Assembly (NCBI GenBank): GCA_003971905.1
Contig: RSEE01000001.1
Coordinates: 1,612,001-1,676,000, forward strand
DNA: 64,000 nt
Reading direction: 5' to 3'
DNA from: Moniliella sp. 'wahieum'
Taxonomy: Eukaryota
The first letter of the stretch is position 1. Each line of letters begins with the position of its first letter. The notes beneath the pieces were generated by a model. It searched no databases, was not told where the DNA came from, and saw nothing but the letters and a program-made list of their open reading frames with translations. Below, piece by piece: positions 14,245 to 25,567 of this stretch. The position numbers were made by a program, and so were the translations under genes.

Positions 14245-14855
14245 AATGGTGGTGTGTTGGACGGTATGGGAGGTGGGGGGATAGATGCTGTGTGGAACTG
14301 GTGGGCAAGAGGGGTGGTGTGGTTGGTTGCCAAATGCGGCAAAACGATTTATTACCTGTGAGACGCATGGGCGCAAACCCCTCTCGGCGTGAGTGCGATG
14401 CGCGAAAAAGCCCCTGAGAGGGGGCGCTGCTCCACTTGCGGCGTCTTGGCCGAAACCGGAAGCCTTCACGAGCGGATGACCGCCCCCCCCGCCTCTTTCT
14501 GGGCGGTCGGGCGTTGTCTACCATCTCTGTCCACCTTGTCGACTGAAAATCCGCCCCGTAATTTCGACCCCTGCAGCAAACGATGCGATGCAGAACACGC
14601 CGCACACGTACCAATAGGGGTATACAGCTACTAGCATCCATGCCCGTGTTTGGCATTGCTGTTTGGCCAGCCACGCAGAGGATTCTCCCGGGAGAAATGG
14701 TGCGAAGGCCGAGGTCAAGTGAGAGCGATAGAGCGGCCCGCCATAGAGTGTGCTAGGATGGTATCCCTCAGGCCTCATTGTTGGATGTGAGTGTTTGAAC
14801 ATGATCTCAACAAGTGGTGTGGATGTTAGGAAGCTTAAACCAGCTGAATACACAA

Positions 14856-14923
14856 GGGCGGATAGCTCAGGGGTAGAGCGCTTGCTTAGCATGAGGTCCG
14901 GGGTTCAATTCCCTGTTCGTCCA
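14856..14923 (+). tRNA. tRNA-Ala(AGC), with apparent 4-nt deletion in the 3' anticodon stem
   Basis: Acceptor GGGCGGA/TTCGTCC with the G3:U70 alanine determinant. D-arm TAGCTCAGGGGTAGAGC, anticodon loop TTAGCAT, T-arm CGGGG-TTCAATT-CCCTG, T-rich terminator. Confidence 0.8.
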
Positions 14924-15529
14924 TTTCTTTTTGGTGGGATTTCCACTTTTTACCTTGTTGGATAACCCACACCACCACCACTCCTACACGTCAAGGGCCA
15001 ACGGATCCACGGGTACCCACTGAGGTCGACGGGTAGACGGGTGCGCGCGCGTGACACGGCCGGCAAGTACAGAGGCAGGGCGGGGACAATGGGACGAGCA
15101 GACCGGACCTGAGACGAATACCGGGACCCGGGTACGAGTCGCGTAAGGGCCAGCCCCCGCCTAAGTACTACTAAGGAGGGGTGGTGGTGGAGGACTGGAA
15201 GATGACATCGACTATATGACACCTCTCATAGAGAAGGATTAGGGAGGGGATACGCTGACGAGCATTCCGTTTTCTCGAAAAAGGTCTGTTGCCTATTTCC
15301 TGTCCAAACATAAAAGCCGATCGGCACCGCACCGTCCACATGCGGCGCAATGATGAATGCATGGTTCCTGACCTGTCCCCGTCTCCCCTATCATTTCTCA
15401 GACCAGCAGGACCAAGGCAGGAAAGCAAAGCTCGCCAAGGAGCGAGGGAACGGGCAAGGTAGCCCAAAGCGAGCAGAGCAGAGCAGAGTCGAGCCGAGCA
15501 CAGCAGAGGAGAGAGAAAATACCAAGCGC

Positions 15530-15946
15530 TTAGCGCTTACCTCTTCCTAGACTTGCTCTTGGACCCCTTTGAGCTCTTTCCCTCCCATTGGGCGAGGTAA
15601 TCCACGCCGGCCTGGCGGGGAGTGCGAATACCCTGGGCCAAGGCGGCGGCGTACGCAGCCTTATGTGGGGCCAAGGGCGGCTGTGCGGTGGGGCGGGGTA
15701 GATGGGGCAGGAGGCTTGGTCGTGCGTCCTGTCGCTACCACTGCTCCTGCGGCTGCGTGGGCGGGGGCGCAGTCTTGGTTCGTCCTGCGGTGGGGGTGCG
15801 GCCGGGCGGGGCGCGGGCGGCAAGGGAAGCAGAGGAGGCGGCACGCTGGGCGCGTGTCTGCATACACTGCGGTCAGCTTCTCGTGTTGCACGCAAGAGGG
15901 AATGGGGACGGACTGGCTTCTTGTACGTCTTGGCTGATCGGCCCAT
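15530..15946 (-). CDS. Small basic hypothetical protein (MGRSAKTYKKP...VDYLAQWE)
   Basis: ATG at 15946, plausible intron 15858-15913 (GTCCGT...CTGAC...CAG), Lys/Arg-rich. Needs frameshifts to join the pieces. Confidence 0.4.
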   Translation of the reverse strand: MGRSAKTYKKPVRPHSLLRATREADRSVCRHAPSVPPPLLPLPPAPRPAAPPPQDEPRLRPRPRSRRSSGSDRTHDQASCPIYPAPPHSRPWPHIRLRTPPPWPRVFALPARPAWITSPNGRERAQRGPRASLGRGKR

Positions 15947-16101
15947 GAGAGGAGGGGATGGTAGTGCGCCGGTCAGAGCGTTACAGCAGTAGCGGTAGCA
16001 GGACAAAAGTTAAGTAGTTGGAGCCTGGGGGAGCAAGAGAAAAAAAAAGCCATCGCATGGATGGGATGGCTTTTATCTGCCCTCTTCCCTTGCACAACAT
16101 G

Positions 16102-16187
16102 TCTCCGATAGTTTAGTGGCTATGACACGTCCCTGTCACCTTTCAGGACGTGCGGACGAGACCCGGGTTCGATTCCCGGTCGGAGAG
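16102..16187 (+). tRNA. tRNA-Asp(GTC) with 14-nt intron (16139-16152)
   Basis: Acceptor TCTCCGA/TCGGAGA, anticodon stem CGTCC/GGACG, GTC at 16135-16137, T-arm CCGGG-TTCGATT-CCCGG, downstream poly-T. Confidence 0.93.
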
Positions 16188-16876
16188 GATTTATTTTTTC
16201 TGCCGCCTCAAGAGCTCCCCTGCCCGAAACCCTCTGTTCCATCTGTTCCATCCAGCGCGTCTATCTCCTGCACCATCTCGAGTCTACCAGACAGAACCTA
16301 CCGCCCCACTCCACTCTTCCACCCCACCAGGCCTACGTCAACAACGGACAAGGCCGCGTGAACACCAAACGCAAATGCAAATGCATATGCAACTGCAACC
16401 GCAGCCCCCAAAACAAACAAACAAAAAAGCACGTCGGTGGAGGAGGCAGAAGCAATCGGGAGTATAAGAACTGAAGACCTAATAAGAACGACAGGACATG
16501 GACGGACGTGCCAAGCGCAGATGCAAAAGCAGATGCAAAAGCAGATGCAAAAGCAGATGCATGACGTCCGGTCTCTTGGTCGAGATGCAGGGGTACGTGT
16601 ATAGGGGGGTATTCAGCGAGGTGGGGGGGGGGGGCACAGGGATCCTGTCTCGATCGCAAGCCAGGACCCCCAACCCCAACCGAGACGGTCGACCCGAGAT
16701 AAGGTGCGAGCATGGAAATGGAAGAGTGGAGGTAGGACGGTACAGTAGTTGGTTGATGAATCGCCGACCGAAGAGCCCCCTGGTTCGGCTTGCCTGGCTT
16801 GGCGTACACAGGGTGACTGGTGAGCTAGTGACGTTCAACCGTTGGAGTAAGGGGAGGAACGGGGGGCCGGAGGCGC

Positions 16877-19800
16877 TCAGGCGGCGCTGGAGCAGTGGGA
16901 TGAGAGAAGTGCTAGAGTAGTGGGTAGTGGGGTACTAAAGAACGATCGTGGTGAGGCTAGAGTCCTAGCGTGGTAGGAGCGAGAGAGAGGCTTGGTATGT
17001 AAGTCGGACGGTAGCACATCAGGTTCCGGGGCGGGTGCGGATGCGGGCGGGCCGAGGTGACGTTCAGTTTGGTTGAGCACCCGCCGTGGTCCGCGTCTGG
17101 TAAGCAAAAAAGCATGCACAGGCGTCGCAGGGTTAGCAATGGGGCAGTGGGACAAGCGGAAAACAGCAAGAAGGAACCATAGGACAGTGGGACGAAGCAA
17201 GGACGTTAACGTACGAGAAGAGGTAAACGCCGGCGCAAGGAGGATGGAAGCAAAAGAGACCCAAGTGGTGATCAAGGTAGCCACTTCGTTCGACACATCA
17301 TCCACTTTGGCCTTGGCGTTGGCCACCGCCTGGTGCGGATCGGCTATCGCTTGGAGCAAGAGAGAAGGGCGGCGGTGCACCCGGGAGACCGGGGGTATGC
17401 GCTGAAGAGGTCTGAGTCTTGGCCAAAGCTTGGGAACGGGTCGAAACCTTTGTGGAGTTGGAGGGGGTCTTGTGAGCTCGGGAGCGCTGAACGCGGTGGA
17501 CGTACATTGGATCGGACGGCTCGTCGACCCATTCGGAGGCAGGGTGAGAATGGGAACGGGGAGGAGAGGGCGCGTGGGACAAGCCCTCTAGTCCGTGAGA
17601 CGGGGGAAGACCTAACCGTCCTTCTGGCGCTGGGCGACGCATCTGTGCGACGGCACGCTCGAATTGGATACGACGGTGGCGCAAGACGGAGCGCATAGTG
17701 GCCTCGGCCTCGAGTTGGGCGGCGCTCTGGATAGTCAGACGAGAACCTACTTCATCCTCCTGTCTTGGGGGGAAGTTGACGCGTCGGCGATTACGGGTAC
17801 GTTCGGCTGGTGGCCCTACGCCCAACGCACGTCGGAGTGCCATGACGATCATCCAACCGCTTCCTACCACCCCCCTTCGGCCGTGGGGCACGTCAATCAA
17901 CCCGTACTGGACTGCCTGCGGGAGCGTGATGGGTTGGCCATAATCCTCATCGTCGGCCCAGAGGAGCGGACGACGTCGGGTAACTTCGCTAATCAGATCA
18001 AATCCTTCTGCCGTGGTGTGCATGGTAGCGTCCCGCAGTGCGCCCCGAGGCACCACCTCTACCTCATCTTGCCATCCACCTTGTTCCGTGCTGTGCAGCA
18101 GAGACCGGAGGTGTGCCTCGACCGTCTCTGGCTCAGTTATGTCGGCCTGAGCCGCGAGTTGGTCCGCGCTGCCGCTCGAGAGCGCCTCGAGACCCAGAGA
18201 CAAAGCGTCCCCCGTCTCTACCAGCGCAATATCGTCCTCCATCTCGACTTGGGCCTGGGTCTCAGGATCCCACGGTTCCTCAACTTCCTCGGGTTGCTCC
18301 TGTTCCTCCTGTTCCTCCGGGTCCTCCCTCTGGGGCATTTCGCGCCACGCCTCGATTTCCCGTAACATATCCATCACTTCGGCCGTGTGATCGCCCGGTT
18401 CGGGCAGCAGGTCCGACGGCGCATCGTTCCACCCCCACCCCGAGATACTTGCATTACCACGCTCGGTCGTGGTGTCGGAACCGGAGGCAAAAAGAGGCGT
18501 ACTGCCGCTCGGTACCGACTGGGGAAGAGGGAGGCGAGCACATCGTTGGCCAGTCGCTGAGCGGCAATCGCGTACCGGTTGCCCATCCCGCGGTGGCTGG
18601 GTCCATAAGCTTGGGCTTGGGCTTGGATTTGGACTTGATCACTTGGCTCACGTACCTCTCGCTCCGGTTCGTCTTCTGTGCTTTGCTCCGCCTCGGCGTG
18701 GTACGAGCGGGCGTGATGCGAGGCACGGTACGCGTCGCGCAACCGCTCATTATCCTCGATCGCCCGTCCCAACCGATTATCGATCGCATGCCCTTCCCGC
18801 GTCATCTCAAGATTGGTTTGTTCCAGTTGACGAATCTTGTGCAGCAAGCGACTGACCAAGTGGTCCATCTCTTGTTCCTGAGTCGGGGTCAGCGGCCGCT
18901 CCCAGTCCAGCTCCGGTTCCTGTCTCCGCTTGGACCCCCTCGACAGGCCCAGCGGCAGCGGCTGGGACACGTGTCGCGCATGGTGCCCGTGGTCGAGATG
19001 CTAGACGACGGTGTCGTTGAGCTGGTGCGCGGCTTCTGCCGCAGCAACAGCCGCTGCCGCCTGCAACTCGTCCGCCACGCTCGCGCCCGCGCCAGCAAAG
19101 GCGGGCGGGAGGTCGAGGTCGAGAAGGTGGGTGCTTCCCTGGTGCTTGGGTGGTGGGTGTGCTACCGACGACGAGGTGGATGACAAGGAGGCGATGGAAT
19201 CGCGCGCGCGCGCTTCGCCCTTGTTCCAACTGAGCGGGAAGCCAGACGAAGTCTCGGTCAGAGTCGAGGTCGCGTCCTGATCGTGAGGAGGATGCGGCAC
19301 CAGCGTGTGGGACCGGGATAAAACGCCGTCCAAGTCGGAAGCGTATCGAGGGCAGCCAAGCGAGTGCGAGGGTGTCGATCGCCACGTGATGCGTGGGGGG
19401 AAAAGGAAGGAGAAGTAGAGGGGATACGCGTACGTTCTTCTTGCCGTTCGAGGTGGGCGTTACGTTCGAGGACGCGGTCCAGTTCGTCACGCAGCAGGCC
19501 AAGTTCGTGGTCGAGGTGACGCAGTCTAGCCCCTCCTTCACGGCGATTACGTTCAGTATCGGACTGAAGCTGGGTCAGGCGTTCGAGGAGCATCATGTTT
19601 TCCTCTGTGAGAGTGTCCATGCGGCGTTGAGCCTCGGCCTCTCTGGCTTGGGCCCGCGCTACAGCCGTTGGGTCCGCCGCGGGCCCCGGGAGACGAGCGC
19701 ACGTTACCAGCCCTTCTTCCTTGGGACTGGGGAGAAGAAAGCTGCTCTGGTCCGAGTAGACGGAGCTCAAGTCGGATGCGCTGGGGTGGTGCCCGACGCG

Positions 19801-20590
19801 CTGGGAAGGGCGCGAGGCACGCGGTCAAAGTAATCGTGGGTATGAAGGTCGAGGGAGTGGGCCGAGCTGATGGAGAGGGAGGAGGCGTGGCGCATACGAT
19901 GCGCTTGCCTGTCCTGGAGGGAGGGAGAAGCAGAGGGGACAGGGAGGGGACGGAAGGTGCTCGGGGTGCGGCGGTGGAGGGGACTGGGCTGAGCAGGGCG
20001 GGAAGCATGGTGCGCTGAAGCGGACGACACGGTGCGGGAGTGGGAACGTGAGTGGGAGTGGGAGTGGGAGTGGGAGTGGGCAACAGAGGGCGAGCGCGGC
20101 GGCTGGGCGAGGTGAAGGTTAAGGTTACGATTGACCAAGGCGGTGCCGACGCGCGCAGCGAGTTCGAGGTCGCGTTCGCGCTGACGAATGACCCTGCGCG
20201 CCTCGCGCAGCATGTTCTGCAGCTCTGTACGCGGCAGGTGCTGGTAGCTGTCCGACTCGCCTTCGGTCTCGGTCTCGCCCTCGGTCTCAGTGTCGTGGTC
20301 GTGTCGGAGGAGGGGATGGAAGAGGAGGAGCCGTGGCGGAGGCAGCCAGCTGCGACCGGACGGGGGACGGCAGCGGCAGCGGCCGCGTGCGGGTGGGGCT
20401 GGACTGGGCTGGTGGGGGCGAGTGGGTCGACGGGCGGCGGACTTGGCGCGGCGCTCGAGCTGTTTGTGGACGGGGCGAGGTCGAGGCCGAGGTCGGAGTG
20501 GTACGCGGGGGAGGGTGAGGGCGAGAGGGATGGCGAGGGCGAGGGCAAAGGAGACGCCGAGGGCGAAGCGGGCGGCGGGAGCGGGGGCAT
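16877..20590 (-). CDS. Large low-complexity coiled-coil protein with N-terminal CC1-box-like motif and C-terminal transmembrane segment (frameshifted)
   Basis: Collinear ORF pieces 19767..20729, 19258..19770, 18374..18970, 17298..18377 and 16877..17380. Motif RERDLELAARVGTALVNRN, several heptad-like segments, hydrophobic LITTWVSFASILLA, intron 17097-17214, then RGPRRVL. Confidence 0.65.
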
Positions 20591-22335
20591 GTGGTGGAGA
20601 TGGTGGTGGTGGTGGTGGAGTAGATGGAGATGGGGGGCATGGAGGGACACATGCCCAGATGCCCAGATGGTGTTTGGATCCTTGTTGTGTGAATGTGAAA
20701 GCGAGACCAACGCAGCCGACACGCCGCACGGCGCCAGTGTGCCTCTGTCGATCACCGCCGGTGTGTCCACCTGCAACATTTCATTTCCCCACAGAGTAAG
20801 CTGAAGCACCGCCGCTGGGGTGGGATCTGGGAGGGCCACCTCCCCCCGCGAGAGACGGTTGCACGGCCCCCCCGACCCCACATCCACCATCCACCATCCA
20901 TACGCATGTCCTGGCCACCGCCTTTGGCCAGTCCCAACCCCCCCCCCTCCCGTCCGCATCGATCGCACTCTGTTTTGGCGGGGGCGCAAAGAGTGCAACC
21001 GCGGTTGGACACATGAAGGCGACAGAGGGCCGCCCGCTCCGGCGTTCCTGTCGACGGGGGGCACGTCGGGCCGGAGCGTGGCACAGCCGACGCACTGATA
21101 CCCACCCCATCCTTCCTGATCGGCATGGAGAAAGGGAGACACCCAGTGGCGCTGTGAGATGCATGCGATGTGATGGGGACAGGCAATCCTAAGCGTATGG
21201 CATATGGAGAGAAGGGCAGCGAACCGGGTGGGTGGGAAGCCAGCCAACTAGTGGTGGTGTCGGTTGCTCTTTTCATCCGTAGGACTTGGTTGGTGTTGCC
21301 CGCCACCCGGGGGGTGGTCCCTTTTGCAATGAGTGGAGCAGGCCGCGCACCGTCGGGAGGAGCATCGCAAGCATGGTAAGGCACGAACGATGGCAGGACG
21401 CCATGATACCTACCCTGTACCTCGTTAGATGAAGGGTATGTTAATAGTGGAGTAAACAATCAATGGCTAGCGTTCCCACGGTCCCAAAAGACAAACAAAC
21501 CATTGAAGCAAAGCCCTACGTACCCATAAGGGCAGATGCGGCGAGGAGGATGCAGCGGGGCAGGTCAGGTGAGATGTGTGCATACGACGCAACCCATAGA
21601 AATGTGCCCAGTATGGACAAGGAAAGTCGGCCTAAATCCGGGTTGGGATTGGCGCGATGGAATGGGACGTCGAGGGAGCTAGAGAGAGAGATGGTACAAG
21701 ACATGCATGACATGATCCATGACGCATCGTTGCATCATCACCAAGCGCGCTTGAGCCTCCTGAGAAAAGGCCTGTGAGGGTATCTAGTGCCGGGAACGCC
21801 TTATCGATATCAGCCAACGCCTGGCGATTGCTTTGGTCCGTCTCCGAAGAGAGACTTCCTGTTACACGTTATTACACCGTGCTTGTCCAGCCATAATACA
21901 CGTCTCATCTCTCCGTCCTATACCAACTCATGCTCGCACTCACCCCCCAGCGGCAGCACTGTAACAGTACATAATGTAGGCCGCATGTCCGGACATCTCT
22001 CGTCTGTATAAAGCTGTCATCACGGCGGTCAAGCTCCAAGCTTCAAGCCTCATGAGCAGCTTCAGCCTCAAGGAAGGCTCGTGTTGAAGAAGGACATCGC
22101 TGTAAGCTACTTGCCAGCGCCGACAACAGAGGGCGAACGCTGTGGACGGAAAAAGCAGTGGCATGATCAGGAGAGTGACCCTCTGGCCTCACTATCACTG
22201 CCTATTAGCTTCAAGCTTCAAGCTTCAAGCTTCACTAGCTTCACTGGCGTCCGGGCGTGTCTGAGCACCTCTAATCTCAGGTCCAGGACGGAGGAAGCCA
22301 GAGGGAAAGCGACGCGGGAGGAACGGTGGTGTCGA

Positions 22336-22427
22336 TGATATGGAGAGAGGAAGCGATCGTCGATCGGGAGATAGCAGCGGGCTAGGTCAAGATAATCGAG
22401 ATAGTGTCGATAATGGCGAATCGATAC
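22336..22427 (+). promoter_or_regulatory. Cluster of GATA elements upstream of the ammonium transporter (candidate AreA/Nit2 sites)
   Basis: Six GATA cores in ~90 bp, four of them HGATAR (AGATAG, AGATAA, AGATAG, CGATAA), ~700-800 bp upstream of the ATG at 23135. Confidence 0.5.
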
Positions 22428-22711
22428 CTATACGCCGGTTGCTCCCGGGCTGGGTAGCGCCGTGCGGGTGCCAAGGGACGCACAGGGGCTGTCTCCGCCA
22501 CACGCGTGTCCGGTACAATGGGTCTGCGCCCCATCTGGCCCGCAGGCACCAGCGCACTGCGCCAAAGCAAACCCCAGCTGCGTGGCTGCGCCTACTAGCT
22601 ATACTACCTGCGCTGCCAATTCAAGCTCCAACGCCCCGGCGCCACACCGACGCCATCGCCGATCATCGATCATCCATCCTGCATCCTCACTCAGCCGTGG
22701 CGCCGCCCCCG

Positions 22712-22780
22712 TGCAGCCCCCCCTGCAGCCCCCCTGCAGCCCCCCTGCAGCCCCCCTGCAGCCCCCTGCAGGCCCCCTGC
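22712..22780. repeat. 11-bp tandem repeat (CAGCCCCCCTG), ~6 copies
   Basis: Directly visible in the ammonium transporter upstream region. Confidence 0.9.
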
Positions 22781-23134
22781 GACTGGGCCCCTGTGCGGGT
22801 GTGCCGCCGCAGACACTCGGCACGGGGCCACTGCACCCCGAATCAAGGCAAGCCAGTGGCGCTCGCATATGTCCGCACACTCGTCTCCTGCCTGGCACGC
22901 AAGCCTGCCTGTCCGGCGCACCAGCCCCTGTCCATGCGAGGGCTGTCCCGACCAACTAGCAAGGAGGAATTCTTCAACACAGCGTCCAACGCCACACAGT
23001 ACACAGTACAGAGCACTGCCCAAGCGAAGGGTTATACTTTTCGCCCCCTGTTCGCCCTTAACCACCACATCCCCAAGTCTGTCCTCCTTGTTCCCCACCG
23101 TGGGGCTCCCCTTCACCCTTCACCCTGCAGCACA

Positions 23135-24737
23135 ATGCTTGCCGACAAGTACAACGCCACCTTTACTCCCGAGGGCAACCTCTCCGTCTGGGTCGAGGGC
23201 CAAGAGCAGGTGTACAACCTGGGTGACATGGCGTGGATGATCACTGCCTCGGCGCTTGTCATGCTCATGATCCCTGGTCTCGGGTTCTTCTACGGGGGCC
23301 TGCTGCGGCGGAAGAGTGCCTTGTCGATGGTGTGGATGAGTGTGGCTGTGATGGCGGTTGTGTGGGTCGAGTGGTTCTTCTGGGGCTATTCGCTTTCGTT
23401 TTCCGAGACCGGGTCGGCGTTCATTGGGGATCTGCGTCACTTTGGCTTGATGAAGGTGGATCTGCAACCGTCGCAAGGCTCGACTAGCTTGCCTGCGCTT
23501 GTCTTCTGCCTCTACCAGGGCATGTTTGCTGCCATTACGCTGTCATTGCCTGTGGCGCCTTTGCCGATCGCGGCCGCTTGGGACCAATGCTTCTCTTTAC
23601 GTTTTGCTGGAGCACGATTGGTACGTGGTGCAGCACCTGACTAGCCTGACTCCCATCTACGCCCTTGCCCTTTTTTCACGCCAACTTTTTCTTCTTTTCT
23701 TTTTACTTTTTACTTTGTTTTTTCGTCGGCTTCTCTGACCCAATCTTTGTGCCCGCTTGATCTCTACAGTGTACAATCCTTTGGCCAATGCGACTTGGAA
23801 CGTGGGCGTTGGCTGGTCCAACAAGATGGGAGGACTTGACTTTGCGGGAGGTACGCCCGTGCACACTTCGTCCGGCATTGCCGCGCTGGCCATCAGCATT
23901 TTCCTTGGGCAGCGGAGTGGGTACGGGACGGAGCGACTGGCGTACCGTCCGTACAATGTATCCTATGTTGTTCTCGGTACCGTTTTCCTGTGGGTCGGAT
24001 GGATTGGGTTCAATGGTGGCTCGGCGTTGGGTGCGAACCTACGTGCGGTGCAGGCTACCATGGTGACCATTGTGGCTGCTGCGACGGGCGGGATTACGTG
24101 GATGCTATGGGACTTTCGGTTGGAGCGCAAGTGGTCCACGGTTGGGTTTTGTTCCGGCGTGATTAGTGGCTTGGTGGCCATCACGCCAGCGTCGGGGTAC
24201 GTTGGTACACCAGCCAGCTTGGTATTTGGTGTGGTGGGAGCGACGGCGTGCAACTTTGGTACGGGTCTCAAGACGCTTTTGCGCATCGACGATAGTCTCG
24301 ATATCTTTGCTGCGCATGCCGTGGGTGGCGTGACAGGCAACATCTTGACTGCTCTCTTTGCCGACCGGCGCGTGGCGTCATTTGATCTCTCGGAGCCCAT
24401 TGGGGGCGGGTGGATCAACCATCACTATGTGCAGCTGGGTTACCAACTGGCCGATTCATGCTACGGTGTCGGCTACAGCTTTGTCGTGACCATGATCCTC
24501 CTCTTCCTCATTGACCGGATTCCCTACTGCCATTTCCGCACCACTGAGCAAGACGAGCTCTTGGGCATCGACCTAGCCCAGATCGGGGAAGAAGTGATGT
24601 ACCAACCCACCCCGTTGGGCTCCGGGATCGACGACCCCCACGCAGGTCTCAGCATTGAGCTCAGGCCCGACCTCGCCTCCACCGCCGACGGTCACTATGC
24701 CATGGGCCAGATTGAAAAGCCGCCGTCGCTTCAATGA
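23135..24737 (+). CDS. Ammonium transporter (Amt/Mep family)
   Basis: GDMAWMITASALVMLMIPGLGFFYGGL, LDFAGGTPVH, WIGFNGGS, GLVAITPASG, DDSLDIFAAHAVGG (twin His). Intron 23621-23769; indel near 23540. Confidence 0.97.
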
Positions 24738-25567
24738 GTAATGAGAGGCGCTTCCCGCCGCTCCCTCACCTCGGCTCTGACATTCGATAACGGCGTCGTT
24801 TCTTGAACGTTGAACTCAACGGTCAAAAAGTTGACCCGCCGAGGGTGCGATATCTTAGGACGATGAAGATCCGTCACTTGTTTCTTGGTGCCCTTGCCTA
24901 CCGTACCATGCTGATGGCTACATTACCGCGTTACCCTTCGCCTTTCACCTTTCACCTTTCACCCTTCACCCTTCACCCTTCACCCTTACCCTTTGCACTT
25001 GGCATTTGGCACTTCAAGTTGGATGTGGTGACCTTCGACTTGATTCTTCCACCCTGTACCATGTACCGACTGATGATTCGATGATGTGACGTCTTTCTTT
25101 CTCGCTCTTTTTTCTCCTCCCAATTTGTTTGCTATCTCTATCCGCCCGGTCGTGGGCAAAATGTTGTGGCAAAACCCCATCAGTACTTAATTGATTCTCG
25201 CCTCGCTTCCCGCACCTTTACCTTAGATTTAATGCTGGGAGATGCATGGCGTACCGCACGAAGGCTCGACGTTCTTCTGTCGTCGGAGGGTGATGCAGTG
25301 ATGCACGCCTGCGACGGGGGCGGGTGGGGTGGGCCATGGAAAGCGAAACCACTGGCTTGCAGCTGGAAACTGGACGCCTCAAGCTTCAAGGTAGATCTCT
25401 CAGCGTGCAATAGAAAAGACTCGGGTGAAATGTTGAAGTGCGGTGGGTGTCGGAGGTAACAGCGTCGTTCGGACATGAAGCTATGAAGCTTCACTTGAAG
25501 CTTGACTTGCGGCCCGAGGCGCCGCCAGCGCAAGAGCCCAAAGCACCACCACCTGCGTTTGCTGGCG

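Noticed and set aside
17664..22340. Long plus-strand ORFs opposite and upstream of the coiled-coil gene, and similar antisense ORFs elsewhere
   Set aside because: Shadow ORFs from high GC and hexamer repeats, with no domains and low-complexity translations.
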